Source: a candidate division WOR-3 bacterium (GTDB lineage Bacteria > Hydrothermota > Tepidihabitantia > Tepidihabitantales > Tepidihabitantaceae). From it: DNA of 64,000 nt. The translations under genes were made by a program, and so were the position numbers. The notes under the pieces are model-generated. The model was not told the DNA's origin, did no database searches, and saw nothing but the letters and a program-made list of their open reading frames with translations. Positions 55,894 through 64,000 of this stretch are shown here, one piece after another (position 1 is the stretch's first letter; every line of letters starts with the position of its first letter). The stretch spans positions 44,129-108,128 of the forward strand of contig CBFGJX010000006.1 in assembly GCA_965649225.1 (NCBI GenBank). Reading direction: 5' to 3'.

Positions 55894-56619
55894 TCAGTTA
55901 GCGCCCGACTGTTCCGCCCCAGTGTCTTGTCGCCGCGCCGGGACAAACCAGATTCCCCTTGGCAGGGCACCACCGGTAGTTCGGCTTCTTCCCAGCGGGT
56001 CATATACCCTTTCGCCCGCGCCAACTGGTCGCTGGGCTTTTCCGACCACGACGAGCTTTGACGCTGCCCGCTGGCGGCCTAGTGAACAGACTGCCGGCTC
56101 CTCCACCGCGGTCAAAGTCGTGTCATCCAGCGTCACGCTGTCAACATAGGCCACTGCTCCGAGCACCGAAACGAAACTCACTGACAGCAGCGCGGCTGAA
56201 TCCGGTGCCGTCACCCAGCGCGAGTACTGCCGGTAGGAACTCCCCGAATAGTAGGCCGGCAGCATCACCGGTGAACCCACGGCGCCGCCGGCGAGCGAGA
56301 GGAACTGGAGCACGAAGGAACCGCCGAGCACGCCCGGCACCCGGGCGAAACCGCTGAACCGGTAACTGAATCCGGCTCTGACAACCGTTGCAGTTGAAAC
56401 GAATGCCGTCGTGTCGGCGCTGTTCAGTTTGACGCACCAGCGACCGGACAGTGCATTGGAATCCCGCGTCGCGCTACCCGGGTACAGCGGTTCCGAACTG
56501 AGCCAGCCCAGTGGCACCGACCCGAGCCAGGTCTCAAACGACGGGTTCAGAATAATGTTGGTACCGAACGCCGACACGACACCAAGGCTCAAACCAATCA
56601 GCAGTGCAGTCTTACTCAT
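55894..56619 (-). CDS. secreted protein: CBM4/9-like jelly-roll domain plus degenerate T9SS-type tail
   Basis: GGAGG SD, signal peptide, NIILNPSFE...YVDSVTL, then VEE linker and VYDPLGR...PRGIWFV. Confidence 0.7.
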   Translation of the reverse strand: MSKTALLIGLSLGVVSAFGTNIILNPSFETWLGSVPLGWLSSEPLYPGSATRDSNALSGRWCVKLNSADTTAFVSTATVVRAGFSYRFSGFARVPGVLGGSFVLQFLSLAGGAVGSPVMLPAYYSGSSYRQYSRWVTAPDSAALLSVSFVSVLGAVAYVDSVTLDDTTLTAVEEPAVCSLGRQRAASKLVVVGKAQRPVGAGERVYDPLGRSRTTGGALPRGIWFVPARRQDTGAEQSGAN

Positions 56620-56688
56620 CATGACCTCCGCAGTTCGGACCGAGAGAACTGATAGTAACAGCTGCCGGCGCGTGGTCAATCGCGGCCA

Positions 56689-56716
56689 TTGACAACCCGG
56701 GCAGTGGGGCGACAAT
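56689..56716 (+). promoter_or_regulatory. promoter, probably leaderless transcript
   Basis: TTGACA-N16-GACAAT, then 6 nt to GTG 56723. Confidence 0.55.
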
Positions 56717-56722
56717 ACGCCT

Positions 56723-57337
56723 GTGAAACTCTGGCTTGCGCTGCTGCTGCCACTGTCACTGCCAGCGCTGCCCGGCGGTCTCCAGCTGCCCTACGGCGAC
56801 CGTCCGGCTCGACCACGCTCGTCAGTCCTCGTGATTGAATCCGCCACGGCGCTGACCGGGGGCGTGATCCTTGGACTCGGTGCGGCCGCGCTGGCCCGCT
56901 CCCGGTTCGAGGGTGATCTCAACTTCATCGAACCCGAGGCGATCGGGCCGATGCTCATCATCACCGCCTCGGGCGTGGGCGGGTATTGCCTCGGCGCCGG
57001 GACCGGCGCCTGGACCGGCGGCACACTGCTGGCCGAACGCGGCCGGCTCGGCGGCGCGTTGCTCGGTTCGCTCGCCGGCACCGCCGTCGGACTCGGAGTG
57101 GGTGTGGCGACAGGGCAACTGGTCGACCCGCCGGCGTCGGTGTTCGTTTCGCTGGTCCCGGTCCTTGCCGCGCCGGTCGCGGGCGCGTTAATCGGCTACA
57201 ATCTCAGCCGACCCTGCACCGGCTGCGGCCGTGCCAGCCGGCTGAGCCTGCCCGGGCTCGACATCGCGGTCACGCGGGGGCCGGCAGACCGGCCGCTGCC
57301 GGCGTTGCGCGCACAGCTGCTCGGAGTGGCAATCTAG
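56723..57337 (+). CDS. Gly-rich (glycine-zipper-like) membrane protein
   Basis: Signal-like start and several GxxxG hydrophobic helices. Confidence 0.65.
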   Translation: MKLWLALLLPLSLPALPGGLQLPYGDRPARPRSSVLVIESATALTGGVILGLGAAALARSRFEGDLNFIEPEAIGPMLIITASGVGGYCLGAGTGAWTGGTLLAERGRLGGALLGSLAGTAVGLGVGVATGQLVDPPASVFVSLVPVLAAPVAGALIGYNLSRPCTGCGRASRLSLPGLDIAVTRGPADRPLPALRAQLLGVAI

Positions 57338-57840
57338 GCCCGGAGCAGGACATCAGTCACTTCCCCGACAAACATCCGGTGGTAGTCCTTGTTCGGGTAG
57401 TTCTCGTCGATCTTCGGATCGAGGAATCGGCTCGGGTCGATGTCGGCGGTGTAGAGCTTGCGGCATTCCAGCACCAGCCGCGCCTGTTCGAAATAGACCG
57501 TACCATCACCGGCGACCGGCAGCAGGCCGGTCGCACGGGACTTGTCAATATCGCGGCCCGACTTCGTGCCGCAGACCATCAGTGCGTCGCGGTAACGCTC
57601 TTCGAAAAAGCTCAGGCTGAACCGCTCGGCCGAATCGATGAAGCCAAAGGTGTGACGGGTCGGACGCACAAAACAGAAAGCGACCGGCTTGTTCCATAAT
57701 ATCCCCAGTGCGCCCCAGCTGGCGGTCATGGTGTTCCACTTCTCAATCGTGCCGGCGGTCACCAGCATCCAGTCCTTGCCAATCAGCTTGAAGGGATTGT
57801 CGAGTATCGCCTCAGGCGGAATCCGATGAAAACCACTCAT
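57334..57840 (-). CDS. flavin reductase-like protein
   Basis: WMLVTAG, NTMTASWG, VRPTRHT, CGTKSGRD-x-DK and YH-x-MFVGE motifs; AAGGAG SD. Confidence 0.9.
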   Translation of the reverse strand: MSGFHRIPPEAILDNPFKLIGKDWMLVTAGTIEKWNTMTASWGALGILWNKPVAFCFVRPTRHTFGFIDSAERFSLSFFEERYRDALMVCGTKSGRDIDKSRATGLLPVAGDGTVYFEQARLVLECRKLYTADIDPSRFLDPKIDENYPNKDYHRMFVGEVTDVLLRA

Positions 57841-57889
57841 CACGGCTCCTTTTCTGTCTGCAAACAGCCTGTCTGCCCGACCGGGTCCC

Positions 57890-57923
57890 AAACAACGGCG
57901 GGCGGCGCTGAAGCCGCCCGCCG
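57890..57923 (-). terminator. terminator after the candidate selenoprotein gene
   Basis: 11-bp stem CGGCGGGCGGC/GCCGCCCGCCG, followed by TTGTTT on the minus strand. Confidence 0.7.
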
Positions 57924-57939
57924 CCGAAGGCCGATCGTG

Positions 57940-59877
57940 CTAGCGCGTCAAAACCAGCTTGCCCCAGGCATCCTCATCGCCGTTGACAAACTGGCAGAAG
58001 TAGATACCGGGCGGGGCCGGACGACCATTGCCGTCACAGCCATCCCAGTTCGTCCGCCCGCCTTCAACCGCAAGCTCACGCACAACTCTTCCGGAGTTGT
58101 CGTAAATCCGACAGGCGGCAGGCCCGCTCACCGGCAACTGAGCAACCAGGCGGGTCGAACCGGCAAACGGGTTGGGATAAGCCTGTGCCCGGCGAACCAC
58201 GAGATTGCCCGTCCGGGGTTCGTTTATGCCGGTCGAAGGCTCAACCGTCGTGAACTTCAGCGCCCGGCCCGCCTGCAGCCGGCCGGCACCGCGGTGATAG
58301 CTGTTGTCGAACAGATATTGTATCGCGATACTTGCCGTCGGGTCCTGGCTGCCGACCGTACTTGAACTGTAACCGTCGGCAGTCAGATACTGCAGCAGGA
58401 AGACGTTGTCGCCGGTTGGCGTATGCCGGGAGGTATCGTAGAGCACAAACTGAAACTTGTCGAAAACCGCCCGGTTGGCATAGTAGGCGACGCTGTCGTA
58501 TTCGACAATGAACCGGCGGTTGGCTGCGTCATGCCAGTACCAGACGCCACCGCCGGTGGGCGGATAGAGGTCGTCCCAGTTGACGGCAACCATCCCGGGC
58601 ATACTGGCGTTGGGCAGGGCGGTGTTGGTGTAGGTTGCCAGCGTTGTGTACCCGGGCGCAACCCAGCCGTTGCCGCAGATTGAAAGCTGGGTGTTGACGT
58701 TACCGTAGAAACGCCACACAAACCCTGGCGGCAGGTCAATCGTAACCGTCTGGTCGTCGGACAGCGTCAGCCGGGTACCAAGGTTGTTGATTTCAATCCA
58801 GGAGAATTCCGGCCGCTCCGGATAACCGGCGTCGCCATCGTCGTAGCACCAGTAGCGGGGCGGGTTCGAGTTATCCGGTATCGGGTCAATTGCCCGCAGC
58901 TCGCCGACCGTCAGATTAAACTGCATCGTATCGGCATAGCCGGTGCCCGAAACAATCAGCGTCATCGGCACCCGGGTTTCTATCGGCATGGCGGCATCCA
59001 CCTCGAGTGCGAACGGATCGGAACGGTTCACTACGACAGAATCGGGCGGAACCGTACCATAGCGGGCGAGCGAATCGGTAATCCGCAGCAGCGGATGACC
59101 GGAACGCAGCCGGGCAACGACACTGTCAGTCGTGGCATTGCCGACGTTGCGCAAGCCGACCAGCAGCCGGCCGGACTCGCCGGGGTCAAAACGGCCGTTG
59201 GCGTTGCCGCCGGGAGGACTGTCGATGCAGGTCAGGGAACGGAGAACCAGATACGGGCCGTTGGCAGTGCTGACAAGTGAAATGTCATCGGCGAAGACCT
59301 TCGCCGTTGGGGCCCCTCAGCCCGAATAGGTATAACTGAGCAGTGCGACCTCGACTCGCGCTACCGCGCCCGGGTCGACACCAGGCAGATTGGTACTGAC
59401 TTCGTCGGCGATGTTCAGGGTGTATTGCGACCAGGCCGGGTTGGTGATGCGGTAAAGGCTCAGCGTCGGCGATGGCGTCCAGTTCGCATAGGTCGAGTAG
59501 TAGTAGCGCGTCTCGCCGAGCAGATTCCCACCGGCATCACGGTAACAGACCTGAAAACACGCCGCCGGCCAGCAGGTCGAAGTGCCACCCGACTCGGCAA
59601 AGCTGGCTTGAAACGAAAGTTGCACCAGTACACCTGGCACGTCAACCGACTGGGCCAGACGCGCCCATCCCGGATTGTCGTACTGATAAGTCTGCGCCTC
59701 GAAATCGGGGTCCGGGTGGTGGTATGTCTGCCGGTCGGCAAAATGGGTACCGTAGCCGCTGTCGGCATAGGTCCAGCCAACGGTCAGCTCCTGCTCAAAA
59801 TTACCATTTACCAGCAGGTTCTGCCCCACGGCTAGTGCCGCAGCCAGCCACAGCATACAAAGCAGCTTCAGATTCAT
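57940..59877 (-). CDS. secreted multidomain T9SS/FlgD-tail protein with in-frame TGA at codon 187 (candidate selenocysteine)
   Basis: ORFs 59317..59877 and 57940..59154 share one frame, with 54 open codons between TGA and TTG. AAGGAGG SD, signal peptide, NLLVNGNFE...FADDISL domain spanning the TGA, and C-terminal YPNPF...IYDNSGR...WDG...PGIYF. Confidence 0.75.
59289..59316 (-). promoter_or_regulatory. candidate bacterial SECIS element
   Basis: UGA-GGGGCCCCAAC-GGCGA-AGGUCU-UCGCC: 11-nt spacer and AGGUCU apex, as in the E. coli fdhF SECIS. Confidence 0.7.
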
Positions 59878-59902
59878 CAGGCCTCCTTGGCTGGGATAGT
59901 GA

Positions 59903-59931
59903 ATGGTAGAAGCCTCTCTGATTACTGTCAA
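59903..59931 (-). promoter_or_regulatory. promoter of the candidate selenoprotein gene
   Basis: TTGACA-N17-TACCAT. Confidence 0.6.
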
Positions 59932-60004
59932 CTGAAACTGCGGCCAATGCCGCTTTGCCTCCGTCGCAGGCAAAGCTTCACCCCAGCCGGTCTGGATCCG
60001 CCGG

Positions 60005-61213
60005 CTACTGCTTCGGGTCGTGAACCACGCCCAGAAAGAGCAGCGCGCCGGTCCCGTCATCGCGGATGGCGCAGACAAACGGCCGGTCGGCCCTGATGGT
60101 GAAACGCTCCAGCGGTTCGGGCATCATTGCCGTCATCGCCACTCTGGTCGATGTGACCGCCGCCGCCTCGGTGCCTTCCTCATTCACCTCGACGAAGGTC
60201 TTGTGCTTGACCTCACTGATAAACACCCGCACCGGCGGCTTCACCATCGCCCGGAAGTCCGCGACCTGCGGATTGAACGCATCGGCCATCCCCAGCCGAC
60301 TCAAACTGCGGTTCAGGTTCGCCTCGTAGTCGAACTTGAAGCGCGGCATCGTCAGCTCGCCCGACATCTCGGCAAAGCCCGCGGCCCAGGCCTGCCAGTT
60401 CTCGGGCGTGAACTCGGCCAGCAGCGCGTTGATACCGTCACGCTCACGGGGCACGAACAGGTACATCTTCATCCGGCCGCTGCCATAAGGCAGCCGCACA
60501 GCCTGAAAGAGCTTGTGACCGAGATAGTCCATCCGGTCGCTGCGCATCATCATCATCCGCCGCGCCGAGTCGCCCCGCGCGAAGTAAAACCACTCCTCGT
60601 GGCTCATCCGCTTCTCGAACGGCTCGCTCCACACGCCCTTGAAATAGACCGCGTTAATCAAGAACAGCACGTCATACGGCTCGATGCTCGACACGATCTC
60701 CGGGATGAGCCCGCGCGTCTGCGCCTTCACCCAGCCGTTTATCCGGCCCACTGCGTCGGGCCGCGCGAAATCCAGCACCGAAACCTGCGCCGCGTAGTGC
60801 GCCTTGTTCGCATCGAGAAAAGCCTTCTCGAACTTCACTCCCCGCCGCGCCCAAGCCGAGTTGGCGATACTGAGCGTTACCGACTTGTCGGCGCCGGCCA
60901 GCTCGCGCATCTGTGCCCCGACCGCGCGGTTCGCGGTCTCGCGCGGAAGCCCCTCCAGCTCCAGCGTTCGAGCCATCCCGGCCTCGGTCTCGCCGGCCGC
61001 ACCCACCCGCGCCATCGACAGGCAGGCCATCACGCTCAGGGGCGATATGAACACGTTGGCCCCCGGCTTCTCCGCAACCAGCTCGCGCAGAAGTTTCAGC
61101 CCGAAACGCTCCTGCGCCGCGGCCAACGCCGCCCGCTCGACTGCACCCGGCTGGGAACTTCCGGCCGCTAACGCAACCGTGACCAGTAAAAGCACTATCC
61201 GCATCGCTCTCAC
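60005..61213 (-). CDS. secreted serpin (serine protease inhibitor)
   Basis: NVFISPLS, INGWV-x3-T-x-G-x-I, NAVYFKGVW, EVNEEGTEAAAVT hinge, DRPF and LFLG motifs; start GTG 61213 or ATG 61204. Confidence 0.95.
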   Translation of the reverse strand: MRAMRIVLLLVTVALAAGSSQPGAVERAALAAAQERFGLKLLRELVAEKPGANVFISPLSVMACLSMARVGAAGETEAGMARTLELEGLPRETANRAVGAQMRELAGADKSVTLSIANSAWARRGVKFEKAFLDANKAHYAAQVSVLDFARPDAVGRINGWVKAQTRGLIPEIVSSIEPYDVLFLINAVYFKGVWSEPFEKRMSHEEWFYFARGDSARRMMMMRSDRMDYLGHKLFQAVRLPYGSGRMKMYLFVPRERDGINALLAEFTPENWQAWAAGFAEMSGELTMPRFKFDYEANLNRSLSRLGMADAFNPQVADFRAMVKPPVRVFISEVKHKTFVEVNEEGTEAAAVTSTRVAMTAMMPEPLERFTIRADRPFVCAIRDDGTGALLFLGVVHDPKQ

Positions 61214-61654
61214 TCAATCCTCCAGTCTGATTCAGGCTCATCCGGCTCTGTACCTGCCTGATATACCAGTTCCGGCCGTCGCTGATTCCGCCCCGACAAC
61301 GCTGCGGTTCGGATGGCCAATGACACTGCCCGGTCAGATGACACCATTATCAATCCGACAGAAAGGGCTGTAACCCGTTATCATATCATGCGCCATTGTG
61401 GCAACCGGAGCCAATCCCGCGCCACAAATGGGAACCTGGACCGAAGCGTCGCCCTACCCCAGACCCGGTCCTGCCTCCCATCATCCAGACAGACACCCAA
61501 TCGTATCCTCCGCCATAGACAGGACTTGCATCACAGCGGCTGAAAATCCTGCTGCCACGCCCAACATCCCACCGGCCAAAGTGGCGACAGTCCGGACACT
61601 CGCGGGGGGACTCACTCCCCGGGTGGTTTGGGCCACTTCCTCATTCAGCCCGGA

Positions 61655-61688
61655 AAAACCTCGGCCGCTGTCCGAAGGCAGCGGCCGA
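61655..61688 (-). terminator. terminator after the TM2 gene
   Basis: TCGGCCGCTG/CAGCGGCCGA stem, followed by GGTTTTT on the minus strand. Confidence 0.75.
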
Positions 61689-61706
61689 ATCAATCGCGAC
61701 AAGCGG

Positions 61707-61949
61707 TCAATCGGCGAGCTTGCGCCCCTTCTTGTCCTTGAACGAGCCGGTCGCAATCATGATGATGTCAACTATCCAGCCGATGCCGAACACGCCGGCA
61801 GTCAGCAACCACACGATGCCGGTCCCGATCTTGCCGACATAGAACCGGTGCACGCCCAGTCCGCCGAGGAAAATGCACAGAAGCAGGGCGACAAGCTTGG
61901 TCTTGTCTGACTTCTCTTCGGTCGGGGCGGCTTTCACTTCGTCTGCCAT
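61707..61949 (-). CDS. TM2-domain membrane protein
   Basis: K-x-K-x2[21 protein letters not shown]2-TG...GWIVD motif; AAGGAG SD. Confidence 0.92.
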   Translation of the reverse strand: MADEVKAAPTEEKSDKTKLVALLLCIFLGGLGVHRFYVGKIGTGIVWLLTAGVFGIGWIVDIIMIATGSFKDKKGRKLAD

Positions 61950-62143
61950 TACACTCTCCTTATGATTTGTCTGCCGGCACGGGGGCCGGCCCGCGTTTGC
62001 CAATCATCGGAATGAGTGATTATGCCCGAACTCCGAGCCCTGTCAATGTTACGCCCCGCGCCTAGCCCTGCGCGTGGCTGCCGTCGCAGAACGGCGGCGT
62101 GCCCGTGCGGCCGCAGCTGAAGGTGGTCACGCACTCAACTCGC

Positions 62144-62172
62144 TTGACACTCGCGCTTCGAGATGCTATACT
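62144..62172 (+). promoter_or_regulatory. near-consensus promoter of the BNR-repeat gene
   Basis: TTGACA-N17-TATACT with extended TG. Confidence 0.7.
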
Positions 62173-62298
62173 CTAAACATCAGAGGTTGGGCTCGGCCCT
62201 TCCCGGTGGAAGGACGCGTGCCAGCCTCCGCACGGCAGCAGCGTGGAGGATGCAGTTGCCGCCCTGCTCAAAGTGAGCATCCTCGTAAGGAGGGCAGC

Positions 62299-64000
62299 AT
62301 GAAAGCGAGGCCCATTGGCGCGGGAGGGGGGGCTCCCCGCAGTAACCGTCCTGCTGACGGTATGCCTGCAGGCCACCGCGATTGCGCAGTTGTGGCGTGA
62401 CAGCCGCATCGCAGTGGAGCCGAACACGAAGGTATACCTGTCATCATCCGCGGCACGGGCGCTGTGTGCGCCGACGCCGTACTTAGCCCATACAGTCTAC
62501 TGCGTCCAGGGAGCGTCAGCGCGGGTCGTGCGCTACGCACGGTCAGCCAATCAAGGCACGAGTTGGCTGTCACAGACCGTGTCCTGTGCATCCAGGGACG
62601 CTATGTACGCGGCGCTTGATGTCCCGCGCGACGGGAGCGACGAACCGCATATCGTCTGGGTAGCGCTAACAGACGATGAACGCGGCGCCGTGGTGTACCG
62701 ACACCCGTCAGGGACTACCGAGGTACTCACGGCGCCCGGCGTCGTGACCGCGACTCGCCCGGCAGTCGCCGTCGACCAGACCGGAACGGTGGTCGTCGTC
62801 TGCTGGTACAACCAGGACGTGCAGAACCAGAGTCTGCGCTACCGACGGTCAACCGACGGCGGGGTGTTCTGGGAGGATGAGCGCGTGCTCTGGCAGGAGA
62901 CGCCTCAGGCGCTGATGTCGTTCCCGTCAATCGAGTTCGGCCCTGACGGCACTCTGCATGCCACGTGGAGTCACTACTTCTCGGGCACCATCCACTTCTG
63001 GCACCGGCGGTCCACCGACTACGGCGCGACCTGGCTGCCTCGTCACCTGCTGTGGGACGAGAGCGCACTCGAATCGGACGACACCGGCCGACGCGGTCCA
63101 GTTGTTGCGGCGGGGCCGAATGGCAGAGTTGACGTTGCCTGGGTGTACTACGAGATGACCGATGCCTTCTCGTTGTACGCCATCACCTCGTCGGACGGCG
63201 GCGCGACGTGGCCGCCCCAGGAAGAAGCTGTCTGCCTGGCGTGCGCGGCCAGCCTCTGTGAGCCGACAGTCGAAACCGACGCACGCGGGCTGTCCTACGT
63301 CCTATGGCAGCAGTCCATCAGCGGCCGCGAGCGCGTCGTGTGCCGTCGTTCTCCCAGCCTGAACGCCGGCTGGCTGCCGCCGGAGACACTGGCGCTCGGC
63401 ACCGGCAACAGCTACAGACCCAGGCTGGCCGTCGATGCGCGCAGCACGCTGCACCTGGTCACTCTCGACGAGGAGAACGGCGTGACCACGCTGTACTCGC
63501 ATTGGGGCGCGCAGTTGCTCTCGGACCGCGAGGGAGCCACCGCTTTCAACCAGCAGCGTCACGTCAGCACTAACTTCGCGTCGCCGCTCGACCGGACGCT
63601 GGGGATTGTCTACGAAGACAACGGCGTGGTCTACTACCTGCGGTCCGGCAACACCGGCAGGGCATGGAGCCTGCCCGAGACCGTCGACTTTGGCGAGTAC
63701 CCGGCCCTGGTGACGGATGAAGGTGGCTGGCCCAAGGTGGCCTACCTGAAGAACGGCAACGTGATGGTCGCGGTTCGCCAGATCTGGCCGGAGTGGCAGC
63801 ACTACCAGTTGTTTGAGGCCAATCCGCCGTACGTCTGGGCAGGAGCACCGGCAGCCTGCTACGCGGCGTTCCCGGGCGGGACGACCTTACGCGTTGCCTA
63901 CTCCGTGCACGTGCGCCCGGGCGGCGAGGGTCCGCCAACCGAGAAGCCCATCTACCTGAGCGACCTCCTCAGCGGGCAGGTTCTGCCTCCCGAGGTTATC
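62299..64000 (+). CDS. large secreted BNR/Asp-box (sialidase-like beta-propeller) protein, frameshifted at G7 tract; runs off right edge
   Basis: Open frame from 62303 to 64000 with repeats RSANQGTSW, RSTDGGVFW, RSTDYGATW, SSDGGATW and RSGNTGRAW. The SD-preceded ATG 62299 is in a different frame. Confidence 0.8.

Noticed and set aside
59317..59319. Genome-wide TGA reassignment (code 4 or 25) as the explanation of the in-frame TGA
   Set aside because: Many conserved genes here (nusB, cysS, nrdR, tsf, rpsB, hdrA) end at TGA at their expected C-termini, so TGA is a normal stop.
61250..61756. ORFs 61481..61756 (-) and 61398..61910 (+) or an RNA gene between the serpin and TM2 genes
   Set aside because: They cross the TM2 terminator, have no SD or motifs, and show no recognisable RNA structure.
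61950..62020. TM2 gene leader with GGCAAAC as a riboswitch
   Set aside because: Only short pairings (ATGATT/AATCAT) are present, with no match to a consensus I can support.

Overview
GC-rich bacterial chromosomal window of mostly housekeeping genes. T9SS/FlgD-type C-terminal sorting domains, the rplM-rpsI-rpsB-tsf order and an anaerobic gene set suggest an FCB-related candidate phylum such as WOR-3; this is an inference, not a search result. Contents, listed left to right by locus with each operon in transcription order: pdxJ-secD-secF-pgpA-cinA; DUF4438; cupin-ribBA-ribH-nusB-metallophosphoesterase; a secreted S8 peptidase; an operon from a PEGA protein through amrS, DUF362, scpA and DUF488 to nadA; an ArsR-led hdrCBA-flxDCBA electron-bifurcation operon; plsC-like, cysS, tRNA-Ile and sppA; long GreA and sua5; a MazG plus four-membrane-protein (DUF6754-type) plus Wzi operon; thiL; nrdR-nrdD; a radical SAM and RNase G; the rplM-to-cdsA translation operon; and a right-hand cluster of secreted proteins. 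Best findings: (1) a secreted ~645-aa T9SS-type protein split by an in-frame TGA (59317-59319) that is followed at the canonical 11-nt spacing by an fdhF-like SECIS hairpin, i.e. a candidate new secreted selenoprotein; (2) a Cys-free, ~20% Met, 41-aa-repeat protein inside the Hdr-Flx operon; (3) a G7 tract that puts a large BNR-repeat secreted protein out of frame, possibly phase variation; (4) an uncharacterised four-gene membrane system; (5) pervasive leaderless promoter architecture and a probable CTG start codon. No CRISPR array, rRNA or transposase was seen.
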